Shown here in pieces: positions 42,256 to 50,581 of a DNA stretch of 55,402 nucleotides. The DNA is taken from IMG/VR virus record IMGVR_UViG_3300045988_154458, positions 1 through 55,402 of that record, one strand, 5' to 3'. The notes below the pieces were generated by a model that was given only the letters and a program-made list of their open reading frames with translations, was not told where the DNA came from and did no database searches. Positions within the stretch are counted from its first letter, which is position 1. Each line of letters begins with the position of its first letter. The stretch comes from a virus. The translations under genes were made by a program, and so were the position numbers.

Positions 42256-43971
42256 TTATAATCCAACCTTTTCCATTTTATTTTTAACTTTAAGATCTAT
42301 TTCCATTAAATCAACTGATGTACATTTACCACTCATTATTTTATCAAGTGTCTTTGTAGCCCATTCATTATCGTTTAATTTCTCTCTAACTTTCATAATA
42401 TTTTCACAAATATTTTTTATATCTTCTTCATCAGAATCTTCATGTTGTTCTTGTTTTACAACTTCTTTTTTTATCTCTGCTTTCTTTTGTTCTGGAATAT
42501 ATACAGGAACTTTTGGAAGTTCACTTTTCTCAGTTTCTTCTGGAACTAAAGTTTCGTCATCACCATTTTTTGGTGTAAAGTTTTTATAAAACCATGTTCT
42601 AAATGCCATTGTTGATGCCCCTGACACAGCTTTGTCCATTGTATCACTACCTTGACCTATTGTAGTATATTTTTTTACTACACCAGTATCTATATCAGTA
42701 AATGATGCAGTACATTTTACTGTAGCTAAATGTATAGGAGGTCTACCACTAGGCTTTATACAATCCTTATCAAATGAAATAACATCATTAACATCAAATG
42801 CAAAATCTAAACCAACTTTTATAGATTCTTCTTGAACTGCATCGTAGATTTGATTAATACTATAATACTCACCTCCACCTAAATTGGATGGCAATTCTTT
42901 ATCAAGAATGAATCCCCTTTTTCTTATATTTTTTCTAAATTCATTTAGTTTTTTTGATAATTTTGCATAAGCAGTTTCTTCCATATTATCATCTCCTTTT
43001 TTCGACTCTTTAATTTTATTAACTAATTCTTCATTTTGTGACATAGATTGTTGTAATCTTGTTGCTAATTCAAATTCACTATTTTCTTTTTCTTTCAACT
43101 TATCTTCTAATTCTTGTTTAGTCATGTTTACCTCATCTCCTTTTACACTATCTATATTATCATATTGTACTTTATTAGTCAATGCTTTTTTACGTTCTTT
43201 TATTATTTTTATCAAATCTGCTTTTTTGGTTTTCTTCTCAATATCTATATTAAGTTCCTTTGCTAAATCAAGAAGTTCTTCTTTTTTATATTTCTCTAGC
43301 GTTCTGCCGCCAATAAATTTAATATATTTTTCATTAGCAAAGTCAATATACCATTGTTTATTTATATCATTTATTGTACATTCATTTCCATTATCAACAA
43401 TTGGATCGGTAGGACAATTAGCAAGTGAATCTCTTCTTCCATCTGGTTTTACTTTAATTATAGTTCCACGTGGAACATTACCTGCATAAATTCTATTATT
43501 TCTTTGAAGTTCTATATCACCATCTGGTGATTCTTGGACACATTTTTCATAAGTCGATCCTAAATGTGATATAATTTGAAATCTAAATATATCATTACAT
43601 TTATTTATTGTTTCTTCAATTGGAATATCAAATAACAATTTTTTTAGAAGTGCTTCACTTACGATACTCATTGAATTACTTTTTAAACTTTTTTTATAAG
43701 AATATTTAAATTTCTTTTCTTCTTTATTCCATTTGAACTTATGCTCTCCACGAGTTAATTCACCCCCTTTATAATGCACTTCATAATTATTATTACCAGT
43801 TTGAACTATTTCTGCGTAATTATTTACGTCTCGCATTACAATTTTTACAATTTTATCTTCTTCCAATTCAAGTCCAGTTAATTTTTCCCAATTATGTAAT
43901 ACATCATGAGCTTGTTCTTTATATTCTTTTTCAATTGTGTACATCACGGCATCTGTGTTTGCTGATACCAT
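42256..43971 (-). CDS. Family-B DNA polymerase C-terminal part (motif C region + thumb) fused in frame, via an HeH/SAP-like linker, to an ERF-family single-strand annealing protein
   Basis: The N-terminus MVSANTDAVMY aligns with PolB motif C (YxDTDS). LEKYKKEELLDLAKELNIDIEKKTKKADLIKII is the HeH motif. From M330 (ATG 42984, SD AAGGAG 8 nt upstream), AYAKLSKKLNEF...YYSINQIYDAV...DKAVSGASTMAFRTWF resembles P22 Erf. The frame stays open upstream to 44139. Confidence 0.6.
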   Translation of the reverse strand: MVSANTDAVMYTIEKEYKEQAHDVLHNWEKLTGLELEEDKIVKIVMRDVNNYAEIVQTGNNNYEVHYKGGELTRGEHKFKWNKEEKKFKYSYKKSLKSNSMSIVSEALLKKLLFDIPIEETINKCNDIFRFQIISHLGSTYEKCVQESPDGDIELQRNNRIYAGNVPRGTIIKVKPDGRRDSLANCPTDPIVDNGNECTINDINKQWYIDFANEKYIKFIGGRTLEKYKKEELLDLAKELNIDIEKKTKKADLIKIIKERKKALTNKVQYDNIDSVKGDEVNMTKQELEDKLKEKENSEFELATRLQQSMSQNEELVNKIKESKKGDDNMEETAYAKLSKKLNEFRKNIRKRGFILDKELPSNLGGGEYYSINQIYDAVQEESIKVGLDFAFDVNDVISFDKDCIKPSGRPPIHLATVKCTASFTDIDTGVVKKYTTIGQGSDTMDKAVSGASTMAFRTWFYKNFTPKNGDDETLVPEETEKSELPKVPVYIPEQKKAEIKKEVVKQEQHEDSDEEDIKNICENIMKVREKLNDNEWATKTLDKIMSGKCTSVDLMEIDLKVKNKMEKVGL

Positions 43972-44096
43972 TTCAAGGGTTGGTATTTCTTTTAAATCAT
44001 AAATAAGTTGTAGAATAAAACATTGCGCTGTAGTGCATATACTAAATCCTTGTAAGTTGTCGTATAAAGCATTGAAACTAGCTCTTAAAGTTCCAG

Positions 44097-44324
44097 TTAA
44101 GTATACGCATTTAAAGGTAACTTTAAACCTAGTTTTAAATCATCGTTTGTAAGACTAAGAGGTTTAAGAAATTCATCAGGTAATTCACCATGTTTTGCTT
44201 TCATTCTCATTGAAAGTAAATCAGTATAAGCTTGTTTATCTTTTTGATTTCTACTTGAATAACCATATAATCTGACTAGGTTAGGATATAGTGAACCTAC
44301 ATCCCAGTTCTCTAAAACACGCAT
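44097..44324 (-). CDS. Family-B DNA polymerase fragment (motif A and start of motif B)
   Basis: WDVGSLYPNL matches DxxSLYPS (motif A). KLPLNAYT followed by a stop is a truncated K...N[SA].YG (motif B). The sequence continues in the -1 frame as ...TGTLRASFNALYDNLQGFSICTTAQ. Confidence 0.65.
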   Translation of the reverse strand: MRVLENWDVGSLYPNLVRLYGYSSRNQKDKQAYTDLLSMRMKAKHGELPDEFLKPLSLTNDDLKLGLKLPLNAYT

Positions 44325-44963
44325 TTATTCATCACCTTCTTTCTTATGGAATTTCCATTTAAAACCATTTAATAACTTATTATGTTTACAAGCATATGAA
44401 AGACTATGATAAGGTAAATTTAGTTCTTTTTCAGCGAGATGCATAGATTCATACGTTTTTATAAAAATATTGTTTTCGTCATAGCAATCAACGGGTTTTG
44501 ATTTATGATGTTTTAAACCGATATTATACTTAAAAGGTGTATAATGCCTATTTTTCTTTATACAGTCTTGCATATTATCTGAATGTGTTCCCACTCTTAA
44601 ATTACAAAGCCTATTATCACAAATGTTTTCAGTAACATCTATATCATGTAATATTTCTTCATTTTTATGAGCATTTAAAAAAATTTCTCCCATTAAACGA
44701 GATACCGTGTAATTTTTTCTTTGTTTATTATTTTTATCAGTTAATTTTATCATGTAATAACTGTGGGTATTTTTCCAAGGCTTTAATATTTTAATACAAT
44801 CTTGTTTTTTATTATATCTTAATGTCTTTATTCTACTATAATTAGAAATATACATATAATTACAAAAGGATATTTTTAACCAATATTCATTTGGTAAATC
44901 TTCAATATTATACCACCTATCGTCATCTGGTGTAATAAATATTTGTTCACATTTTACTAGCAT
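44325..44963 (-). CDS. HNH homing endonuclease (NUMOD4/HNH_3 type with C-terminal DNA-binding repeat)
   Basis: HDIDVTENICDNRLCNLRVGTHSDNM is the HNH/N motif. The N-terminus W..I....YW.S..G.I is NUMOD4-like. C-terminus KPVDCYDENNIFIKTYESMHLAEKELNL. The gene sits inside the polymerase gene. Confidence 0.8.
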   Translation of the reverse strand: MLVKCEQIFITPDDDRWYNIEDLPNEYWLKISFCNYMYISNYSRIKTLRYNKKQDCIKILKPWKNTHSYYMIKLTDKNNKQRKNYTVSRLMGEIFLNAHKNEEILHDIDVTENICDNRLCNLRVGTHSDNMQDCIKKNRHYTPFKYNIGLKHHKSKPVDCYDENNIFIKTYESMHLAEKELNLPYHSLSYACKHNKLLNGFKWKFHKKEGDE

Positions 44964-44976
44964 TTTAAATCATCAC

Positions 44977-45252
44977 CTATGTATCTAAGTTATCTTTTTC
45001 TTCTTCACCAAGAACCCAACGAAGTGTACCTAACACACCATTCCAAAAACCACACTCCCAATTATCAAAACCTTTTTTAACTTCTGGATATTCTTTTTCA
45101 ACTCTTTTTATGGATTTTAATCTTCCTTTTTCAATGTTAGGTATGTCACATGGATGACTTCTCATAAACCATACTTTGTCAAAAGCTTCATCCATATATT
45201 TCTTTATTTCTTTTTCTGTTCTTATCTTTTTATTTCCCATTATATAATCCAT
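44977..45252 (-). CDS. Hypothetical protein inserted in the polymerase gap
   Basis: Track ORF runs to 45333 and overlaps the pol exo fragment. Starts at 45252 or 45240 follow AAGGAG. Trp-rich C-terminus FDNWECGFWNGVLGTLRWVLGEEE. Confidence 0.45.
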   Translation of the reverse strand: MDYIMGNKKIRTEKEIKKYMDEAFDKVWFMRSHPCDIPNIEKGRLKSIKRVEKEYPEVKKGFDNWECGFWNGVLGTLRWVLGEEEKDNLDT

Positions 45253-45265
45253 CTCCTTCATATTT

Positions 45266-46129
45266 TTAATCGCAATATAATACTTCGTTTTCTCCATACA
45301 CAAATGTATTTTCCTTCGCACCATGTAATCCACCGTAACCCAATTGTATTAAGCAATCATCTATTTTAAAACTCGGTGCTTCAATATTATAGTTTAAATC
45401 ATTATGTGCAATAATATCATCGAAATAATCTAATACACTTTGTGGTATCTTTGATTTATCAATAACATCTGGATAAACATATGCAAAATTGTCATCATGT
45501 TCTTTCCTCTTAGCTCCAAGTAATACTGCTGTCAAATTAGCATCAGTCAAACTAAGTGCATATTCTTCATCAATATTTCCAAGCCTTGCAATAATATACT
45601 TTGATTTAAATCTAGTCATTAGCATATCAAATATTGGAAATAATGCTTCAACATCACAAGTACAATAATATAGAACTTCTTCATATTGTTGTTTATTCCA
45701 TTTGTCAGGTAAATCGAAAGGAACTGTAGTTTCTGTAATATTCATACATAAATTTCCTTCTAGTTCCTTTAATGATTTCCTAGGAATAATGCAATTAATC
45801 AAATCTATTTGTGTTGGTAGTTTTGCATATCCTGTATCAATATCCCAAGCGTTGCCACCGTTAACTATATAATCTGCTACTTCTTTTATTTCCTCAGGTG
45901 TATAGTTATTTAAGCAACATTTTAATATCCATTTATCGAATCCATTGTTATTATATCCCATCAATATTGGATTATATTCATCAATGAAGTTTTGATAATC
46001 TTCTGGCAATGCGTTATGAAAAACTACTTTTTGTTTTGTACGATAATTTATAAAGACAAATAATGTATCATGTGCGAATGTTTCGCAGTCGTATCCCCAA
46101 ATTCTATCTAATAACGAATCAAAACTCAT
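45266..46129 (-). CDS. Family-B DNA polymerase N-terminal fragment (3'-5' exonuclease domain)
   Basis: Exo I is YDCETF (DxE). Exo II is NNNGFDKWIL (N...FD). Exo III is YYCTCDVEAL (Y...D). The fragment ends ...GYGGLHGAKENTFVYGENEVLYCD then a stop. Confidence 0.7.
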   Translation of the reverse strand: MSFDSLLDRIWGYDCETFAHDTLFVFINYRTKQKVVFHNALPEDYQNFIDEYNPILMGYNNNGFDKWILKCCLNNYTPEEIKEVADYIVNGGNAWDIDTGYAKLPTQIDLINCIIPRKSLKELEGNLCMNITETTVPFDLPDKWNKQQYEEVLYYCTCDVEALFPIFDMLMTRFKSKYIIARLGNIDEEYALSLTDANLTAVLLGAKRKEHDDNFAYVYPDVIDKSKIPQSVLDYFDDIIAHNDLNYNIEAPSFKIDDCLIQLGYGGLHGAKENTFVYGENEVLYCD

Positions 46130-46293
46130 TGTTTGTCCTCATTATTGTCTATATTATTTAAGAATTCCTTATGCATCTCATAATTTTTTTCTGCTTGTTT
46201 TTTTGCTGAAATACCAGACCAAATTAGAATTACTAAAAAACAAGATATAAATCCTAATACAAAATAGAATACACTAGCAGGTATCACAACCAT
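46126..46293 (-). CDS. Small membrane protein (55 aa)
   Basis: Hand translation MVVIPASVFYFVLGFISCFLVILIWSGISAKKQAEKNYEMHKEFLNNIDNNEDKQ. ATGA overlap with the pol gene. Confidence 0.45.
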   Translation of the reverse strand: MVVIPASVFYFVLGFISCFLVILIWSGISAKKQAEKNYEMHKEFLNNIDNNEDKQ

Positions 46294-46294
46294 A

Positions 46295-46762
46295 TTATTC
46301 ACCCTCTTTCACTATCTCAACATCATAACCAAGTTCTTTACATATTTCAGATACTGTCATTTTCTTAGGTTCTTTAGGTCTTGAAAATACCTCAATATAT
46401 TCAACTGGTCTACTTACTTTTATAATATCTGATTCACGATTGTTTGAACTATAGTGCATCATATCATCATTAAGATCACTAATACGATATAAACAATTAC
46501 CATAAGTACTTGATGTATCATAAAAATAATTATTAACATATATCAATTTATCACCATTCTTCAATGTAACAATATCACCATTTTTTAGATCATTTTTTGT
46601 GAATGAGTGAATAAAATTAAAGTAATCACAAGATAAACCAACATACATATCCCCATTATCAGCTAATATATCACAACTGTTATCAGACACGCGAACTACA
46701 ATACCTCTCCAATCTTTTATTATTTTATCATCTACCTTATCTCCTATTTTAAATTTTTCCAT
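46295..46762 (-). CDS. Hypothetical protein
   Basis: 155-aa ORF. AAGGAGAATAAATAAGT precedes the ATG. Confidence 0.6.
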   Translation of the reverse strand: MEKFKIGDKVDDKIIKDWRGIVVRVSDNSCDILADNGDMYVGLSCDYFNFIHSFTKNDLKNGDIVTLKNGDKLIYVNNYFYDTSSTYGNCLYRISDLNDDMMHYSSNNRESDIIKVSRPVEYIEVFSRPKEPKKMTVSEICKELGYDVEIVKEGE

Positions 46763-46764
46763 AC

Positions 46765-46920
46765 TTATTTATTCTCCTTTATATACGTTCTTCCCTTAAT
46801 TATTGTATTTTTTTTATTATTATATTCAGGTTCTTTGGACACCCAAAACATTTTTGTTTCTTTACTTCTTTGTTTATAATATTTTTGTTTTTCTTTATAA
46901 TTTTTAAATTGTTTTTCCAT
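46765..46920 (-). CDS. Small basic protein (51 aa)
   Basis: Hand translation MEKQFKNYKEKQKYYKQRSKETKMFWVSKEPEYNNKKNTIIKGRTYIKENK. AAGGAGAAATAAAT precedes the ATG. Confidence 0.4.
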   Translation of the reverse strand: MEKQFKNYKEKQKYYKQRSKETKMFWVSKEPEYNNKKNTIIKGRTYIKENK

Positions 46921-47113
46921 ATTTATTTCTCCTTATATTTAGTTATAATAATCATCATATTTGTTATACATGCCATAAACATATTCTTCAAATTCATCAG
47001 TATCATACTTATTACTATCAACAAACAATATGATATTAGATTCAAAATATTTAATAGCTGCTTTCAATTTATCTGAACAAATCCTTATTCTTATATATTT
47101 TCAAGGCGTGTCA

Positions 47114-47335
47114 TCATTGGGCCTTGTTCAAAAAATATACAGTTTTTTGAACAAAACTAAATTTTTCAGCATTATCAATAATTGTTAATAATTTTGTATC
47201 TTTAATATATTCTATTTTTATAAATCTGCCATTCATCCCAGTCGCATAATCCTCGTCAATATAAACAACATCATCTAATTTTTCGTTATTATAATAAATA
47301 TCAAAATCATATAAATTTTTCATAAAATATCCCAT
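47114..47335 (-). CDS. Hypothetical protein
   Basis: 73-aa ORF. Alternative ATG at 47323 overlaps the upstream stop (ATGA). Confidence 0.5.
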   Translation of the reverse strand: MGYFMKNLYDFDIYYNNEKLDDVVYIDEDYATGMNGRFIKIEYIKDTKLLTIIDNAEKFSFVQKTVYFLNKAQ

Positions 47336-48315
47336 CCTTCTTTTTTATATACACTTTTTCTTTTTGCGGTGAATCTATCAAGCATACCAACATTATCAAC
47401 CAAATCATATACTTTTGCTAATGTTTTACCTTCACTAGGTCTTTGACATCTACCAATACTTTGAATGACAAGTCGTTCATCTTTCACAGGCGTAGCCATT
47501 ATCAAATATTCTAATTGTGGAATATCAAGACCTTCTGCTACTAATGAATAACTAGCAAACAATACATTATATTTATTATCTTTAAAATCAGCAATAGATT
47601 GTTCCCTAATAGCTTTTTTTGTTTTGCCATCAATATATACTGAATTTGGAGTTTTTTCACTAAGATAATGCAATTGGTCGACTCTTTCTGAAATAACTAT
47701 CGTAGGCTTATCTAAGCCATGTAAGATAGATAATATTTGTTGATTTCTTTCTTCGTCTTGTGATATATCTGTTATTAATTTTGTAAACATTATTCTACCA
47801 GTTCTATCATACACATCTTTATCCATTACTGAATAATTAGTTTTTACAAAAGTTATTCTAGCTGGCACTTGAAACATATTACTTGGTACTTCAACAACTG
47901 GTTTACCTTCATAATAACCTATTAATTTATCTTTTGTATCATTCTTTTTTAATTCATAAATAACATTCCCTATTAATTTTGTAGTAGTTTTTTCAAGACC
48001 ATCTGAGCGATGCAATGTTGCAGTAATACCCATCTTATATCTCGCTGAAAAATAATTTATACATTTTTCAAACATCATTACACTTTCAGCATTACTTGCT
48101 AAATGGTGACATTCATCCATAATTAATAAACCGAACTCATCTTGTTTTATTTCTTCTTTATCTATAATATTTGATAAAGTTTGAACTGTTGCAAAAACTA
48201 TATCACCAGATGAATCACATTTACCATCTGTTATAATACTAGTAGAACAGTTTAAATTATTTTCGCATCGTTCTTTTGCTTGGTTAAGTAAATCTTTGGT
48301 ATGTGTCAACCACAA
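47320..48315 (-). CDS. SF2 (DEAD/DEAH, res-subunit-like) helicase, part downstream of an in-frame TAA
   Basis: DECH (motif II), TAT (motif III) and QSIGRCQR (motif VI). The frame is open up to 48372, where it reads GTGKTQIG directly after the TAA at 48373-48375. The nearest start is TTG 48315. Confidence 0.7.
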   Translation of the reverse strand: MWLTHTKDLLNQAKERCENNLNCSTSIITDGKCDSSGDIVFATVQTLSNIIDKEEIKQDEFGLLIMDECHHLASNAESVMMFEKCINYFSARYKMGITATLHRSDGLEKTTTKLIGNVIYELKKNDTKDKLIGYYEGKPVVEVPSNMFQVPARITFVKTNYSVMDKDVYDRTGRIMFTKLITDISQDEERNQQILSILHGLDKPTIVISERVDQLHYLSEKTPNSVYIDGKTKKAIREQSIADFKDNKYNVLFASYSLVAEGLDIPQLEYLIMATPVKDERLVIQSIGRCQRPSEGKTLAKVYDLVDNVGMLDRFTAKRKSVYKKEGWDIL

Positions 48316-48372
48316 TGTGTGTTGTTTTAAAGTTGCAGCACACTCTAAACCAATTTGTGTTTTACCAGTACC

Positions 48373-48750
48373 TTAACCAGCTGGTAACACAAAGATTCCA
48401 TTAACATATCTTTTTAAAGCATTTGTACATGGTTTTTGATATTCTCTAAGTTGTATATTACTTGTTATGTTTCTAGTAACTGTTATTGAATAATCTTTAT
48501 AATCATCTTTAATAGGATGTAATTTCCATATATTATCAAAACAACCTATAGGCAAATAAATATTATTATCATATATATCATATAATGATATATTTTTTGG
48601 AGTTTTACCAATCCAAAAACCTAATTTTTGTTTTTTAATATAATCTGGATTTTTAAAAGTTAATTCATTCTTACAATAATCTAATATGTCTTTTGTTGGA
48701 TCTTTTATTTCAATTATATTACTAAGTGTTATCAGCATTTCCATCACCAC
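48373..48750 (-). CDS. SF2 helicase N-terminal fragment ending at an in-frame TAA inside Walker A
   Basis: Ends ...NGIFVLPAG then TAA. It is in the same frame as 47320..48372. Confidence 0.65.
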   Translation of the reverse strand: MVMEMLITLSNIIEIKDPTKDILDYCKNELTFKNPDYIKKQKLGFWIGKTPKNISLYDIYDNNIYLPIGCFDNIWKLHPIKDDYKDYSITVTRNITSNIQLREYQKPCTNALKRYVNGIFVLPAG

Positions 48751-48771
48751 CTTTCATCTATTAGAAATATT

Positions 48772-49161
48772 TTATTTTCTTATATTTGCACAAAAACAAT
48801 CAGTTGCTAAATCTAAATATCCTTTTTCTTCAAATATTGGTTTTGCTTTTAACCAAGTTGTCCAATAAATTCCTAAATCATCAGATTTTATCATAATATA
48901 AATATTGTTATTATATTTCTTTACAAAATTATCCAATTCATCTCTTTTTTTATTAATCCCATTTGCTTTATAATATAATTTCTTATGTTTAATATGTTTA
49001 CATTCAATAAACATGCACGAACCATTTCTAGCAATAATTAAATCACAAATAGTACCATTGAATTCGGTAGGAAATTTATATGTGAAAAATCCTCTTTTAT
49101 GATAATAATCCATTAATTCCTCTTCCCAAGATTTTCCAACCTTATATTGTTTTACCCCCAT
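48772..49161 (-). CDS. PD-(D/E)XK Holliday-junction-resolvase-like nuclease
   Basis: GKSWEEELMDYYHKRGF...ICDLIIARNGSCMFIECKH gives the E...D...E.K arrangement seen in Hjc/RecU-type resolvases. Confidence 0.55.
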   Translation of the reverse strand: MGVKQYKVGKSWEEELMDYYHKRGFFTYKFPTEFNGTICDLIIARNGSCMFIECKHIKHKKLYYKANGINKKRDELDNFVKKYNNNIYIMIKSDDLGIYWTTWLKAKPIFEEKGYLDLATDCFCANIRK

Positions 49162-49298
49162 AATTTCACCTTACCAATGAGCTTAATTCTTTTTGAGTAT
49201 CTGCATTTTGTTAAAAAATTATTCATTTGATATGGACTATCAAATATTTTTACAAATTCTTTATCATTTTCCAAATTTTTGAAATAACATTTATACAT
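49152..49298 (-). CDS. Small hypothetical protein (48 aa)
   Basis: Hand translation MYKCYFKNLENDKEFVKIFDSPYQMNNFLTKCRYSKRIKLIGKVKLWG. GAGGAGAATAAA precedes the ATG. Confidence 0.4.
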   Translation of the reverse strand: MYKCYFKNLENDKEFVKIFDSPYQMNNFLTKCRYSKRIKLIGKVKLWG

Positions 49299-49299
49299 T

Positions 49300-49539
49300 T
49301 TATTCTCCTCGTTCTTTTAAAATAGTTTTATTATAATTTTCCATAACCATATAAGCAATACCTAAATGATTGTGTATTTTAGCCATTGTTTGTTCTCTCA
49401 ATGGTCGAAATGGCTTTTCTGTATTAAAAAATTCTATAAGCGTACCATAACATAAACCACATTCCTTTGCCAATTCTCTTATAGAACACTCTTTACTACG
49501 TTTGATATAAACCATTTGTTTATAAAAATCTGTATCCAT
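49300..49539 (-). CDS. XRE-like HTH transcription regulator
   Basis: ATG 49539 follows AAGGAGGAATTGTTT. IKRSKECSIRELAKECGLCYGTLIEFFN is the HTH. First gene after promoter 49563..49591. Confidence 0.6.
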   Translation of the reverse strand: MDTDFYKQMVYIKRSKECSIRELAKECGLCYGTLIEFFNTEKPFRPLREQTMAKIHNHLGIAYMVMENYNKTILKERGE

Positions 49540-49562
49540 AAACAATTCCTCCTTACAAATAT

Positions 49563-49591
49563 AATATAACATATCTTATTTAATTAGTCAA
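49563..49591 (-). promoter_or_regulatory. Sigma-70-type promoter, conserved early family
   Basis: Minus strand reads ATTGACTAATTAAATAAGATATGTTATATT. The -35 is at 49586-49591 and the -10 at 49563-49568. Confidence 0.6.
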
Positions 49592-49606
49592 TAGTTATTA
49601 GCCATT

Positions 49607-49635
49607 TTGACAAAATAAAATAAATCTGTTACAAT
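49607..49635 (+). promoter_or_regulatory. Sigma-70 promoter of a divergent sRNA (TTGACA-N17-TGtTACAAT)
   Basis: TTGACA at 49607-49612, 17-nt spacer, TACAAT at 49630-49635 preceded by TGT. Confidence 0.6.
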
Positions 49636-49641
49636 GTAACA

Positions 49642-49716
49642 TGTGTTAGATGAGACATATCATCTACACAGCAATTATCTCATTTCAACCCACGTTAAGG
49701 TGGGTCTTTTTTTTTT
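49642..49716 (+). ncRNA. Candidate sRNA of about 75 nt (promoter + two hairpins + terminator)
   Basis: Hairpin AGATGA-GACATA-TCATCT (49648-49665). Single-stranded CAATTATCTCAT (49672-49683). Terminator ACCCAC-GTTAAG-GTGGGT (49688-49705) followed by C and T10. No ORF. Confidence 0.55.
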
Positions 49717-50527
49717 AATCATCATTTAATTTTATAAATAAACAAGTTCCTCTATCTCTTTCAAATATTTTATTAACTTTATATTTAATTACCCTTTCTG
49801 GAAAGGGTTTTTCTAATATATTTTCATTAAAATTGAATGCTAAACATAATATTTCATCAGAATCTAATCTAGTATTATAATATAAATTTGTTATATACAT
49901 GAATAATTGATTATCTCTATCACCACATTCAACTGAAATAGGCTTTTTATAAGGCTCTTTTTTTATATCAGATTTTAAATTCGCATGTTCTAGTATATAT
50001 CGTTTAAGTTCAAGCGGTATTGACTTGGGATTACAATTATTTGGAGTAACAAATTCATATTTTTTTCCATTTATAATACTAGGTTCAACTACGATATATC
50101 CATCAGTTCTGCAATCTATACCTGGATAATCTTTAAATATATTAGAATTATTAGCAACATTTTTAAGATCATCATCGGTTTTAAATATCATATGCTGCCC
50201 ACCGCTTGGAGTTTCTTGGATACATTCCAATGTTTTACAATATGTATTAATACCACCTAAATTTTTTATCAATTTATTATAGTTATCAACACCATTTTTT
50301 TCTTTATCATGTTTGTCTAAATCAAGTACAAAAATATTATTAGGCGTACATGGTAAACCCCAATTACAATCAGGGCAATGTGTATACCAATATAGAACTT
50401 GCATATAATCAGATGAACAATCATTCATCCAATTTTCTATCATTGGTTTCTTTCCATTTGATTCTATGGGAAATATTTTTAAACCTTTATTTATATAATT
50501 ATCTTTTATGTATTCCCATGTGTTCAT
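49715..50527 (-). CDS. Primase-polymerase (PrimPol / bifunctional DNA primase-polymerase N-terminal domain) protein
   Basis: VLDLDKHD (DxD), ETPSGGQHMIF (sGG.H) and IDCRTDGYIVVEPS match the recalled AEP PrimPol motifs. Confidence 0.7.
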   Translation of the reverse strand: MNTWEYIKDNYINKGLKIFPIESNGKKPMIENWMNDCSSDYMQVLYWYTHCPDCNWGLPCTPNNIFVLDLDKHDKEKNGVDNYNKLIKNLGGINTYCKTLECIQETPSGGQHMIFKTDDDLKNVANNSNIFKDYPGIDCRTDGYIVVEPSIINGKKYEFVTPNNCNPKSIPLELKRYILEHANLKSDIKKEPYKKPISVECGDRDNQLFMYITNLYYNTRLDSDEILCLAFNFNENILEKPFPERVIKYKVNKIFERDRGTCLFIKLNDD

Positions 50528-50581
50528 AAGTGATCATCTCCTTAATTGTGTATCTAATATAAATAGATACCTTTGACATTT

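Noticed and set aside
44325-45265. Group I intron carrying the HNH ORF in the polymerase gene
   Set aside because: It is plausible by analogy (SPO1-type pol introns), but I cannot support it from sequence. The HNH stop abuts the ATG of the next pol fragment, leaving no 3' intron core, and I could not hand-fold P3-P9 elements. It is kept only as an alternative in the finding.
46936-47090. Possible small minus-strand ORF (...ICSDKLKAAIKYFESNIILFVDSNKYDTDEFEEYVYGMYNKYDDYYN) in the 46921-47113 gap
   Set aside because: It reads like protein, but the only in-frame canonical start codons are TTGs with no SD at usable distance. I could not define a start, so it is not reported as a feature.
48373-48375. 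Genome-wide TAA reassignment as the explanation for the helicase stop
   Set aside because: TAA is the normal terminator of most genes in this window, often in TAATG/ATGA overlaps, so it cannot be a sense codon generally.
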